In this document: positions 1 through 8,694 of the stretch, piece after piece
How the letters are laid out: each line of letters starts with the position of its first letter
Position numbering within the stretch: position 1 is the stretch's first letter
Source: Ruminococcaceae bacterium UBA1244
Lineage (GTDB): Bacteria > Bacillota > Clostridia > Oscillospirales > Acutalibacteraceae
Length of the DNA stretch: 44,769 nucleotides
Assembly (NCBI GenBank): GCA_002308635.1
Contig: DBWG01000096.1
Location: 937 to 45,705, forward strand
Direction of reading: 5' to 3'
The notes under the pieces: generated by a model
The model's database searches: none
What the model saw: only the letters and a program-made list of their open reading frames with translations
What the model was told of the DNA's origin: nothing
Program-made: the position numbers and the translations under genes

Positions 1-1347
1 GAGCCATACGATCCCAAAGATAATTTGAATCTTGTGATGTTAAACGCCCAGAGAACGGCGGTCAGCGGAAAAGATTATTACGGTGTATCAAAGGACGATA
101 TGTCCGCTATATATCACTGGACTCTCAAAGAAAAGGATGTTTTAGTACAGGAGCCGCTGATAAAGGCGGAGGATGCAGAACAGGAAGTTAAAAAGATACT
201 TGAAAAAACATCCTATCCCGAAAGGTATGTAAATACTATGATGGACACGGACAGGGAAGAAGGAGAAGAAGAGCTTCTGAAGGAATATTATTCTTCCGCA
301 GCCTTCTGTGCAATATCAATGATATATTATCAGGTCGACGGCGGCGACGGTTATATCTACGGTACGATAAGACTGAATCAGACAACAGACTACAATTATT
401 TTTACCCGCTCGATTCTCTGCTTGTGCGCTATGCAAAGGACGGCAGCAAATATGAGATAATGGACGGCATTTCCGCATCGGCAATGACGATGAGCGAAGG
501 CTGTATTTATTACTACGACAGCGGAAAGCAGGGAAGCGGCGAAGAGAGTGATTTTGATGCCGGACGCAGAGGTATCTACAAAATAAAGCCGGACGGCAGC
601 GGCAAGGAAAAGCTTTTGGATATAAATATAACTTTCAGTGAGGAAAACTATCTCAAGGCTCTCAACGCTGTCAGAAAACTCATAATAAAAAACGGTACTA
701 TTTATTATATGGGTATGTCGCAGGATTATCTCTATGACATTTACAAACTCAGCACAGACGGCGGCACACCTGAGAAGATATCTGAAAAACATGCCGTTAT
801 CTATACCGTCAACAGCACGGGCGATACTCTTGCCTACGGCGGGTACATCTCCTACGGCAGCGGTCTTGTCACTGAAAGCAGCGTTCCTCCTTCAGATACT
901 TCTATAAAGCTGATCGTAAAGGATCTGTCCGACGGTTCCGAGAGGACAGTAAAACTTGATGATCCCGATTATAAAGTTGCCTCAGGAAGCGGCAGCGTTG
1001 ATATAAGTATTATCGGAGATTATCTCTATGTGATGTCCTCTGATTATACCATGCCCTTTATCGAAATCAATGAGGGCAGTACATACCGGTTCATTGACGG
1101 AACTCCCGGAAGTACGGTCAAAGGGAACGACATGGATTTTGTGATCTATTCAAAAAGACATTCCGGTGAACGTGTCAGCATGGTGACCGGCGTTTCGGAG
1201 AAAATGTACTGCTACTCTCTGAGCAGATTGGAAGAGGACGATTTCGGAGACTACAAAATAGTATACAGAGAGCCTTACAAGGTCGTTTGGAAGAACACCA
1301 GAGAAATAAAGTCAATGCTCGAAAACAGATCCGGTGAGACCGGATAA
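1..1347 (+). CDS. DUF5050-like beta-propeller repeat protein, 5' end probably outside the window
   Basis: Frame 1 is open from base 1 to the stop at 1345-1347. The track ORF starts at a TTG (25) with no RBS, so the true start is likely upstream. Recurrent aromatic blade-like motifs: GCIYYYDSG, GIYKIKPDGSGKEKL, GTIYYMG, IYKLSTDGG, DYLYVMS. Confidence 0.55.
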   Translation, partial: EPYDPKDNLNLVMLNAQRTAVSGKDYYGVSKDDMSAIYHWTLKEKDVLVQEPLIKAEDAEQEVKKILEKTSYPERYVNTMMDTDREEGEEELLKEYYSSAAFCAISMIYYQVDGGDGYIYGTIRLNQTTDYNYFYPLDSLLVRYAKDGSKYEIMDGISASAMTMSEGCIYYYDSGKQGSGEESDFDAGRRGIYKIKPDGSGKEKLLDINITFSEENYLKALNAVRKLIIKNGTIYYMGMSQDYLYDIYKLSTDGGTPEKISEKHAVIYTVNSTGDTLAYGGYISYGSGLVTESSVPPSDTSIKLIVKDLSDGSERTVKLDDPDYKVASGSGSVDISIIGDYLYVMSSDYTMPFIEINEGSTYRFIDGTPGSTVKGNDMDFVIYSKRHSGERVSMVTGVSEKMYCYSLSRLEEDDFGDYKIVYREPYKVVWKNTREIKSMLENRSGETG

Positions 1348-1389
1348 GGAAGCTGCACAAAAGAGAGAAAGCAAAAGGAAGGCTTGATT

Positions 1390-1752
1390 ATGTTATGGAT
1401 ATCATATACTATCATTATTGCTGCGTCTGTCTGCGGATGGGCAGGGATAATGCTTATTGTTTATGGGGCACGGGTGCCTGTTGAAAAGCAGACCATCGGA
1501 AAGAAGTTCATGGTGGACTACTCCGGCGGCATGGAACAATACAAGGGCGCAAAACGGTGCTACAGTGCGGGCGCAAGAGTCGTTCTTTATTACAGCCTTA
1601 TCGCAACGGACACGGTCTATGACTTTTATCTTGACGGGGAAAATCTCAACTATGATTACGATGAAAAAAACGGCTTTATCCTGTCATTTACGATGCCGCC
1701 GCACAACGTAAAGCTCGAACTCAGACAAAAGAACATTTCCGTTTGCGAATAA
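1390..1752 (+). CDS. small membrane-anchored hypothetical protein
   Basis: Track ORF 1384..1752. ATG 1390 lies 7 nt after AAGGAAGG (1375-1382). N-terminal hydrophobic helix ISYTIIIAASVCGWAGIMLIVYG. No family recognised. Confidence 0.5.
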   Translation: MLWISYTIIIAASVCGWAGIMLIVYGARVPVEKQTIGKKFMVDYSGGMEQYKGAKRCYSAGARVVLYYSLIATDTVYDFYLDGENLNYDYDEKNGFILSFTMPPHNVKLELRQKNISVCE

Positions 1753-1789
1753 AAAAATTCCCGCTGCAAGCCTTGTGACCTGCAGCGGG
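1751..1789 (-). terminator. rho-independent terminator of the Big_2 gene, between convergent genes
   Basis: Perfect 10 bp stem CCCGCTGCAG (1760-1769) / CTGCAGCGGG (1780-1789). The A7 run at 1751-1757 gives a U-tract on the minus strand. It sits 27 nt past the minus-strand stop at 1817. Confidence 0.7.
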
Positions 1790-1816
1790 ATATCTGTATT
1801 CGGGGATATATATTTT

Positions 1817-2902
1817 TTATCTTACGGATACCTTACAAAGGGCTGATTTGCCGTTGTAGGTCTTTACACGGACATAAGCAACGCCTGTTTTGAGTGCCTT
1901 TACAAGTCCGTTTGATTCAACGGCGATGATCTTGTCGTTGCTGACATTGTAGGTGATGCTGCCTGATGAAGTGCCGTTGGGGAGCTTTGCGGTAAGAACA
2001 GTTGCTTCACCCTTTTTGAGGACGATGTCTGTTTTGCTGAGAGTTATTGATGTCGGAGCCTTCTGAACTTCAAGAGCGCAGGTTGTGACCATGCCGTTGT
2101 AGGTCTTTGCTTTAAGGACTACCTTGCCTGTTTTGTGGGTGGTGATAACGCCTGTAACGGGGTTTATCTCAGCAACTTTTGGGTTGCTTGAAGTGTAGGT
2201 AACGCTGTAAACGCCGCTCTTGCCGTTTATTCTGCAGTATGCTCTCGAAGACTCTCCGAGACCGAGTGAAAGCTTTCCTTTTGTAAAGGTGAGTGTTTTC
2301 GGTGCAGAATCTACCTTGATAGTGCAGAGTGCGGTCTTGCCGTTGTTGAGAGAAGCCTTAACGACTGCAGTGCCTGTGCGGTTTGCTTTTATCGTTCCGT
2401 CCTGACTTACAGTAAGAACATCATGGTTCGAGGATGTCCATTTTACTTTAGCGCCTGTGGCTGAGAGGATAGCTTTAAGCATTGCGGTCTGACCTTCGCC
2501 GAGAGTGAGCTTGTTTGTGTCGAACTTGATGGTCACCTCAGGGAGCTTTACGTTGATGTCCTTGGTAAAGCTGATGCTCTCAGTAAGATTTACCTTAACG
2601 GTACATTTTCCGACGCAGTTTGCTGTAATCGCACCGTTTGTGATCTTTACTACCTTCTTGCTGCCTGCGGTGACTTCGATGCTCATTCCGGGGAAGAACT
2701 TTGAGTAGTATGTCGGGAAGGTGTAGGAATTGCCCTTTTCAAGTACTATGGGGCTGCCGTCAAAGGGGATAGTGAGTGTCTGTGTATTGTCGTTGACGAT
2801 CTCGGTCTCAGCCGAAACGCTCACTGCCGCTGCTGAGGACGATACTGCTATTGTACAGCAGGTAAGGATAAGTGCCAATATTTTTCTGAAGCTTCTTTTC
2901 AT
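1817..2902 (-). CDS. secreted protein with tandem bacterial Ig-like (Big_2) domains
   Basis: Signal peptide MKRSFRKILALILTCCTIAVSSSAAAVSVSA. Repeated ~80 aa modules share the motif SSN..V..V...G.V.A...G.A.V, e.g. WTSSNHDVLTVSQDGTIKANRTGTAVV, YTSSNPKVAEINPVTGVITTHKTGKVVL, YNVSNDKIIAVESNGLVKALKTGVAYV. Confidence 0.8.
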   Translation of the reverse strand: MKRSFRKILALILTCCTIAVSSSAAAVSVSAETEIVNDNTQTLTIPFDGSPIVLEKGNSYTFPTYYSKFFPGMSIEVTAGSKKVVKITNGAITANCVGKCTVKVNLTESISFTKDINVKLPEVTIKFDTNKLTLGEGQTAMLKAILSATGAKVKWTSSNHDVLTVSQDGTIKANRTGTAVVKASLNNGKTALCTIKVDSAPKTLTFTKGKLSLGLGESSRAYCRINGKSGVYSVTYTSSNPKVAEINPVTGVITTHKTGKVVLKAKTYNGMVTTCALEVQKAPTSITLSKTDIVLKKGEATVLTAKLPNGTSSGSITYNVSNDKIIAVESNGLVKALKTGVAYVRVKTYNGKSALCKVSVR

Positions 2903-3016
2903 AAGAATTCCTCCTGATATATTTGTTATGTATATATTTTAATACCGAAAGAGCCGACAGTTAATATACAAATCGCTGATTTTGTATAATTTTTCTGATA
3001 ATATAAGAAAATATTG

Positions 3017-4543
3017 CTATTTTGACCAATATTTTCTGTCGAGGCTGCGGAACTGCACCGCTTCAAAAAGGTGATTCTGTTCGATCACCTCAGAACCCGC
3101 CATATCTGCGATAGTCCTCGACACTTTAAGTATCTTGCTGTAAGCCCTTGCGGAAAGTCCGAGACGCTCAAAAGAATTTTGTATCACTGCTTTTGCCCTG
3201 TCGCTCATGGCACATACAGTGCTTATCATAGACGGAGTTATCCTTGCGTTGCAGGTGATCTCCGTACCCTTGTAGCGCTCGTTCTGGATGCTCCTCGCAC
3301 GGTCAACACGTTTTTTGATATCCTGAGATGTCTCCGACTTGTCTGAGGATGCAAGGGATTCAAAATCCAACGGCGGCACTTCCACATGAATGTCAAATCT
3401 GTCAAGGAGCGGGCCGGACACCTTTGAAAGGTACTTTAAAACCGTCTGCTTTGAACAGGTACATTCCTTTGTGGGATGTCCGAAATAGCCGCAGGGACAC
3501 GGGTTCATAGCCGCAACGAGCATTACCGAACACGGATAAGTAAGGCTTGCGTTGACACGGGAGATAGTGACGGTACCGTTTTCAAGCGGCTGGCGGAGAA
3601 TCTCCATTGCGGTGCGGCTGAATTCCGGCAGCTCGTCAAGGAACAGCACACCGTTATGTGCGAGAGAGATCTCACCGGGATGCGGAACTGTACCTCCGCC
3701 GGAAAGTCCCGCAGGCGAGACGGTATGGTGAGGCGAGCGGAAAGGTCTGCGTGTGACGAGCGGAGAATCATTCGGGAGTATGCCGGCAACGGAATGTATC
3801 TTAGTGGTGTCAAGCATCTCCTCAAAGGTCATATCCGGAAGTATTGTCGGAAGGCGGTTTGCGAGCATACTTTTTCCTGTTCCGGGACTGCCGATGAAGA
3901 GGATATTGTGTCCTCCGGCAGCGGCGATCTCAAGCGCCCTTTTTGCAAGTCTCTGCCCCTTTACGTCCGAGAAATCCACAGGGTATTCCATGTCCTTTGC
4001 TGTCGGGATGATCCTTTCGGCAGGAGGGATGAGCTTTCTTCCTCTCAGGTGCATGACAAGACTTGTTATCCTGTCCACAGGGATAACGTCAATGCCTTCG
4101 ACAACGGCTCCTTCGGCGGCATTTTCGGACGGAACATAGAATTTTTTAATGCCGTTTTTCTTTGCCTGAATTGCCATCGGGAGTACACCGTTTACGGGAC
4201 GTACCTCACCGCTGAGAGAAAGCTCACCGACGAATGCGGAATCCTTCAGGTCACAGCTTAACGCACCGATAGAATACAGTATCGACACGAGTATCGGAAG
4301 ATCATATACAGCACCTGTTTTTTTTATGTCGGCGGGCGCAAGGTTGATGATTATTCTCATCAGCGGAAACTCAAAACCGCTGTTTCTTATAGCCGAGCGA
4401 ACCCTGTCACGGGATTCCTTTACGGATGTGTCGGGCAGACCGACGATATCGAAGGACTGCATTCCTTTTGATATATCGGTCTCAACACCGACCTCAAAGG
4501 CATCCATTCCGAACAGTCCCATACTTTTAACTTCAACGACCAT
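3017..4543 (-). CDS. comM: YifB/ComM family Mg-chelatase-like AAA+ ATPase
   Basis: Walker A GSPGTGKS, Walker B VLFLDELPEF, C-terminal Mg-chelatase subunit ChlI-like region. Start moved to ATG 4543 (MVVEVKSMGLFG...), which matches the usual family N-terminus. The track extension to 4588 runs into a repeat element. Confidence 0.9.
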   Translation of the reverse strand: MVVEVKSMGLFGMDAFEVGVETDISKGMQSFDIVGLPDTSVKESRDRVRSAIRNSGFEFPLMRIIINLAPADIKKTGAVYDLPILVSILYSIGALSCDLKDSAFVGELSLSGEVRPVNGVLPMAIQAKKNGIKKFYVPSENAAEGAVVEGIDVIPVDRITSLVMHLRGRKLIPPAERIIPTAKDMEYPVDFSDVKGQRLAKRALEIAAAGGHNILFIGSPGTGKSMLANRLPTILPDMTFEEMLDTTKIHSVAGILPNDSPLVTRRPFRSPHHTVSPAGLSGGGTVPHPGEISLAHNGVLFLDELPEFSRTAMEILRQPLENGTVTISRVNASLTYPCSVMLVAAMNPCPCGYFGHPTKECTCSKQTVLKYLSKVSGPLLDRFDIHVEVPPLDFESLASSDKSETSQDIKKRVDRARSIQNERYKGTEITCNARITPSMISTVCAMSDRAKAVIQNSFERLGLSARAYSKILKVSRTIADMAGSEVIEQNHLFEAVQFRSLDRKYWSK

Positions 4544-4561
4544 GACCGAAGCCCCTTTACT

Positions 4562-4636
4562 ATTGCGATCCAAAATAATAACAGCCAAATTGCGGAGTGC
4601 GAAGAGTGGAGAGTGGAGTTAAATTGGATTGCTATA
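4562..4636. repeat. 75 bp miniature element with imperfect 15 nt terminal inverted repeats; shares modules with 36906-36950
   Basis: Left arm ATTGCGATCCAAAAT (4562-4576) matches the reverse complement of AAATTGGATTGCTAT (4621-4635) at 11/15. The arm plus AATAATAA and GGAGAGTGGAGT (4608-4619) recur at 36906-36949. Confidence 0.55.
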
Positions 4637-4811
4637 TTTCTACTGACAATATTATATATCCAAAACAGCAATATTACAATAATCATTTATGCTGATACGT
4701 TTTTTCCGGCATAATCGACAAAGATATGTCTCAAAAACCAACACAAGTCACAAAGAGGCTTTCTCTCTTTTTTGTCTATTGCACATCCGGTTTACAAGGA
4801 CGGCTTCAAAA

Positions 4812-5264
4812 ATGCTGTACGATTTTTTTGAGTTGGGAAGAAGCACTCTCCGCAATAAGGATGAGCTTATGGCGGTACTGCTCGGCAGAAGTGCGGACGG
4901 TATTTTTGTTGTTGATTCGGTAAGGGAGATCAGCCCTGAATATGCTGACGAGACCTCCGCCGTATTCTCACACGGAAGCCTTGATTCAGCTCTCGGAATC
5001 CTTTCCGAAGCACGTAAGACTGCGCCGGAAACTGACGTTGTCGGTTTTGTCCACAGCCATCCCAATGAGCTTGAAACAGTCCTGAGCGTTTCGGATGTTG
5101 ACCTTCACAGGTATCTCCTTGATGAACTCGGAATTTCGCTTTCGCTGCTCGTCAATCCCCAGAAAAGACGGCTCAAAGCATATTACGGTCACGGTCTCGA
5201 CACCGCAGAGGTGCTTTTTTTAGGAACAGGCATGGAAAACTCACTTTGGCTGATCGAAAACTGA
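4812..5264 (+). CDS. stand-alone JAB/MPN (JAMM-like) metalloprotease-domain protein
   Basis: Motif GFVHSHPNELETVLSVSDVD (H-x-H ... S-x-x-D) with an upstream acidic DELMAVLLG. ATG 4812 chosen because the track extension from 4689 encodes an atypical basic/hydrophobic leader. Confidence 0.65.
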   Translation: MLYDFFELGRSTLRNKDELMAVLLGRSADGIFVVDSVREISPEYADETSAVFSHGSLDSALGILSEARKTAPETDVVGFVHSHPNELETVLSVSDVDLHRYLLDELGISLSLLVNPQKRRLKAYYGHGLDTAEVLFLGTGMENSLWLIEN

Positions 5265-5345
5265 CTGCCGCTGTTTTTGGTGTGGCTCGTTTTGGAAGAA
5301 CTGAAATTTTTATACAGTAATGTTTGAATAAAAGATAAAAATATA

Positions 5346-5374
5346 TTGACTAATTCCCAAAAATAGTGTATGAT
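5346..5374 (+). promoter_or_regulatory. sigma-A type promoter upstream of the sigma factor gene
   Basis: TTGACT (5346-5351), 17 nt spacer, TATGAT (5369-5374), about 30 nt upstream of the start codon. Confidence 0.5.
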
Positions 5375-5403
5375 GTATATTATAGTCGTGGTGAGGTGTT
5401 GTG

Positions 5404-5991
5404 ATGCTCGAAAAAGATCTGTTTTACGGTGCTTCCGATGACAGCGATGTTCAGTTGGTCAGACGTTTCAGAGAAGGCGACCAGTCTGCGTTCTATCAGC
5501 TTGCCAGCCGATTCTTTCTTCTGCTCAAAAAGAAGGCCGCCGCTTATTCCCGGAACGCTCAGGACAGCGATGACCTTGTTCAGGAAGGTCTTATCGGTCT
5601 TCATAAAGCGGCTCTGACATTCGATGAAAGCGGTACGGCGTCATTCAGGACTTATGCCGATGTCTGCATCCGCAACAGGATGATATCTTCTCTCAGACAG
5701 AGCCGTTCCGCAAGCGAAAGGCTCAGCGGAACGGCTGTCTCTATGGAAGAGGCCGAAAGGCTTGAATCTCCGCCGGAGTCCGATCCGCTCAATGCCGTTA
5801 TCGTAAATGAAGAACTGCAGGCGCTTGAAGACTATCTCAGAGAACAGCTCTCTCCCGCAGAGAGCAGGGTGCTTGATCTCTACCTTTCGGGTCTCAGCTA
5901 TGATGAGATCGCAGAGCGTCTCGGGATAACAAGAAAATCCTGCGACAATGCGATGCAGAGAATAAGAAAAAAACTCAGACAGCGATACTGA
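5404..5991 (+). CDS. sigH: sigma-70 family RNA polymerase sigma factor, SigH-like
   Basis: Region 2 DLVQEGLIGLHKAALTFDESGTASFRTYADVCIRNRMISSLR. Region 4 LSPAESRVLDLYLSGLSYDEIAERLGITRKSCDNAMQRIRKKL resembles SigH (..KS.DNALQR.KRKL). ATG 5404 has better RBS spacing (GTGAGGTG 5391-5398) than GTG 5401. Confidence 0.65.
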   Translation: MLEKDLFYGASDDSDVQLVRRFREGDQSAFYQLASRFFLLLKKKAAAYSRNAQDSDDLVQEGLIGLHKAALTFDESGTASFRTYADVCIRNRMISSLRQSRSASERLSGTAVSMEEAERLESPPESDPLNAVIVNEELQALEDYLREQLSPAESRVLDLYLSGLSYDEIAERLGITRKSCDNAMQRIRKKLRQRY

Positions 5992-6135
5992 CAAACTGCC
6001 GCTGCGCAGGAACGCAGCGTATATATGCCCGTGTAGCTTATTTCAGGAGAGCGTTGACTTTTAGAAAAATCAAAGGTGGCGGTGCAATTCCGTCCGGGGC
6101 GAAATCTATTATAATACCAAAGCGAGGTAAAACAA

Positions 6136-6417
6136 ATGTACGAGGATAAGACTCTCATCTGCAAGGAATGCGGCGCTGAATTCGTTTTCACAGCCGGCGA
6201 ACAGGAATTTTATGCATCAAAGGGCTTTGAAAATGAGCCGCAGAGATGCAAGGCTTGCCGTGACGCAAGAAAGAACGCTCAGAAGCCTGAGCGTGAGATG
6301 TACACAGCAGTATGTGCTGCATGCGGTAATGAAGCAAGAGTACCCTTCAAGCCGCGTGAGGATCGCCCTGTTTATTGCAGCGAGTGCTTTGCTAAGATGA
6401 GGGAAGAGCAGGAGTAA
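6136..6417 (+). CDS. zinc-ribbon protein with duplicated CxxC-x17-CxxC modules
   Basis: CKECGAEFVFTAGEQEFYASKGFENEPQRCKAC and CAACGNEARVPFKPREDRPVYCSEC. RBS GAGG 6 to 8 nt upstream. Confidence 0.75.
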   Translation: MYEDKTLICKECGAEFVFTAGEQEFYASKGFENEPQRCKACRDARKNAQKPEREMYTAVCAACGNEARVPFKPREDRPVYCSECFAKMREEQE

Positions 6418-6440
6418 TTCCTTATATCTTGACATCCGAA

Positions 6441-6471
6441 GAGCGTCCCGTTTTTGCGGGGCGCTTTTTTC
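6441..6471 (+). terminator. rho-independent terminator
   Basis: AGCGTCCCG (6442-6450) / CGGGGCGCT (6457-6465, one G:T pair) followed by TTTTTT. Confidence 0.7.
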
Positions 6472-6486
6472 CTGTCCGAAAAACAC

Positions 6487-6528
6487 AGCCGTGCTTCTGC
6501 CGGAAACCGCAGAGGCACGGCTTTTTAT
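6487..6528 (+). terminator. second, stronger rho-independent terminator in tandem
   Basis: 14 bp stem AGCCGTGCTTCTGC (6487-6500) / GCAGAGGCACGGCT (6509-6522) followed by TTTTTA. Confidence 0.65.
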
Positions 6529-6648
6529 TGCTCATCATCTCTGACCTCAGTGCGCACAAAATTCTGATATAGTGGTGATAAAACTATTGAATTAATCATA
6601 AAAAAATGTTATTATATAGAATCATATAAAAATTCGGGCGGTGAAGAA

Positions 6649-8694
6649 ATGAAAAAATGGATAAGACCGGAACTCGACAGAAAAATAGTCAGGGAGATCG
6701 CAGAGCAGTATGATATCCCGGTCTTTACCGCCATGCTCCTGACAATCAGGGGCATAACCGATAAGGACAGTATAGAAAGATACTTTGATATGAGCGGAAA
6801 GCTCGGCGACCCGTTCAGCATCAAGGACATGGACAAGGCTGTGAAAAGGATAAAAACGGCAGTCATGCTGGGACAGAAAATATGCGTCTACGGAGATTAT
6901 GACTGTGACGGCGTAACATCTGCCGCTTTGCTTTATTCATATCTCCAATCGGCTGCTGCGGATGTGATATGCTATATCCCCGACAGGAACTCGGAAGGCT
7001 ACGGTATGAACACCGGCGCTGTCGATAAGCTGAAGGAACAGGGCGTTGAGCTGATAGTTACCGTCGATAACGGTATATCTGCGATAGACGAGATATTCTA
7101 TGCCGGAAAGCTCGGCATAGACGTTGTTGTTACCGATCACCACAAGCCCCGTGAGGTGCTGCCGAATGCCGCAGCAGTCGTTGACCCTCACAGACCTGAC
7201 GATACATCAGGATTCAAGGATTACTGCGGAGCAGGACTTGCACTCATGCTTGCGGCAGCTCTTGAAGGCGATGATTTTATTATAACAGAGAACTATTCCG
7301 ATCTTGCCGCATTCGGTACGATAGCCGACCTCGTGCCTCTCTGCGGAGAAAACCGTATGATAGTAAAGACGGGGCTTCTCCACATCCGCAACAGTGAACG
7401 TCAGGGAATAGTGAGCCTTATAGAACAGGCTCAGATCGACAAGATAAATGCCGGAAACGTTGCTTTCAAGCTTGCGCCCCGCATAAACGCCGCAGGCCGT
7501 CTCGGTTCTCCTTATGACGCTCTGGAGCTTCTTCTCACTGAGGACGAGGATACCGCAGGAAGGATCGCCGCAGAGCTTGGCGCACTCAATACGGAGCGTC
7601 AGTCCATCGAAAACAGGATATTTGAAGAGATAGTCCGGATGCTCGAAAAGGATCCCGAACTGTCATATTACCGTGTGCTGGTAGTTTCATCTGCCGGCTG
7701 GAATCCGGGCGTTATCGGTATCGCAGCCTCTAAGGTGACAGAAAAATATGGAAAGCCCTGCATCATAATCAGCGAGGACGGCGATGTCTGCAAGGCTTCC
7801 GCAAGGAGCATACCGGAGTTTTCGATCGTTGACGCAATATTTGCCTGTTCGGAACTGCTCGAAAAATTCGGCGGTCATCCGATGGCGGCAGGTCTCAGCA
7901 TAAAAAAAGAGAGAATAAATGATTTCAGAAAAATGATAAACGACTATGCGGACGCTCTTCCCGAAATGCCGCTCATGCCGGTGAAGATCGACTGCAACCT
8001 TAACCCGGATACCATAGTCATAGACATGGTACACCAGCTCCGGGCATTTGAGCCGTTTGGCTATGGCAATCCGAAGCCGGTCTTCGGCATAACTAACATG
8101 AAGCTGGAAAAAATTATGCCTCTCTCCGGCGGCAAGCACCTGAAGCTCATAGTATCACGGGGAAAATCAAGACTCAGCCTTGTAAGATTTTCCGTAACGC
8201 CGGAGGAGTTCCCTTATCCCGAAGGATGTACTCTTGACTTTGCGGTAATGATAGATGTAAGCATCTATCAGCAGAAGGAATACCTTTCACTTGTTGTTAA
8301 GGAGATCATTCCGTCAGGCTTTGACGCCGAAAAGGAAATGAAGGAAGTACAGCTTTACGAGCAGTACCTCAGAGGGATAATAAGTCCTGATCTGTCGGAT
8401 AAATACCCGACCCGTGAAGAATTTGCGGCGGTATATCTTTACATTAAAAAGAATCCATACAAGCTTTATACGATAGATTCCGTTCTTACATCACTTTCCC
8501 CTTTGCGGTTGGGGGCATTCAAACTGCTTGCGATACTCGATATTCTTAAAGAGCTGAGGCTCATCAGCTATTCCCGAAGCGCAGACGAGCTGACCGTCAG
8601 TATCTGTGCCGGAGCAGGAAAAGCCGATCTCCAAAGCTCAGGAATATACAAAAGATTAAAGGAGGATACAGATTATGCCGGAAAGAAATCTTAA
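6649..8694 (+). CDS. recJ: single-stranded-DNA-specific exonuclease RecJ
   Basis: DHH-family motifs DYDCDGVTS, TVDNGI, VVTDHH; DHHA1 motif GGHPMAAG; 681 aa. Confidence 0.93.
   Translation: MKKWIRPELDRKIVREIAEQYDIPVFTAMLLTIRGITDKDSIERYFDMSGKLGDPFSIKDMDKAVKRIKTAVMLGQKICVYGDYDCDGVTSAALLYSYLQSAAADVICYIPDRNSEGYGMNTGAVDKLKEQGVELIVTVDNGISAIDEIFYAGKLGIDVVVTDHHKPREVLPNAAAVVDPHRPDDTSGFKDYCGAGLALMLAAALEGDDFIITENYSDLAAFGTIADLVPLCGENRMIVKTGLLHIRNSERQGIVSLIEQAQIDKINAGNVAFKLAPRINAAGRLGSPYDALELLLTEDEDTAGRIAAELGALNTERQSIENRIFEEIVRMLEKDPELSYYRVLVVSSAGWNPGVIGIAASKVTEKYGKPCIIISEDGDVCKASARSIPEFSIVDAIFACSELLEKFGGHPMAAGLSIKKERINDFRKMINDYADALPEMPLMPVKIDCNLNPDTIVIDMVHQLRAFEPFGYGNPKPVFGITNMKLEKIMPLSGGKHLKLIVSRGKSRLSLVRFSVTPEEFPYPEGCTLDFAVMIDVSIYQQKEYLSLVVKEIIPSGFDAEKEMKEVQLYEQYLRGIISPDLSDKYPTREEFAAVYLYIKKNPYKLYTIDSVLTSLSPLRLGAFKLLAILDILKELRLISYSRSADELTVSICAGAGKADLQSSGIYKRLKEDTDYAGKKS

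Noticed and set aside
3476-4261. 261 aa plus-strand ORF inside comM
   Set aside because: It is antisense to the AAA+ ATPase gene, has an arginine/cysteine-rich composition typical of GC-rich shadow frames, and has no RBS.
4689-4811. N-terminal 41 aa extension of the JAB ORF, and the 15 aa extension of comM (4544-4588)
   Set aside because: Both extensions lie in the divergent intergenic region occupied by a repeat element. Their composition is atypical, and internal ATGs give family-typical N-termini.
6000-6019. Hairpin CGCTGCG-CAGGAA-CGCAGCG after sigH, as another copy of the GCGCAG repeat hairpin
   Set aside because: It shares only the short GCGCAG-like motif and none of the flanking modules. 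It is most simply a weak terminator-like hairpin without a U-tract.
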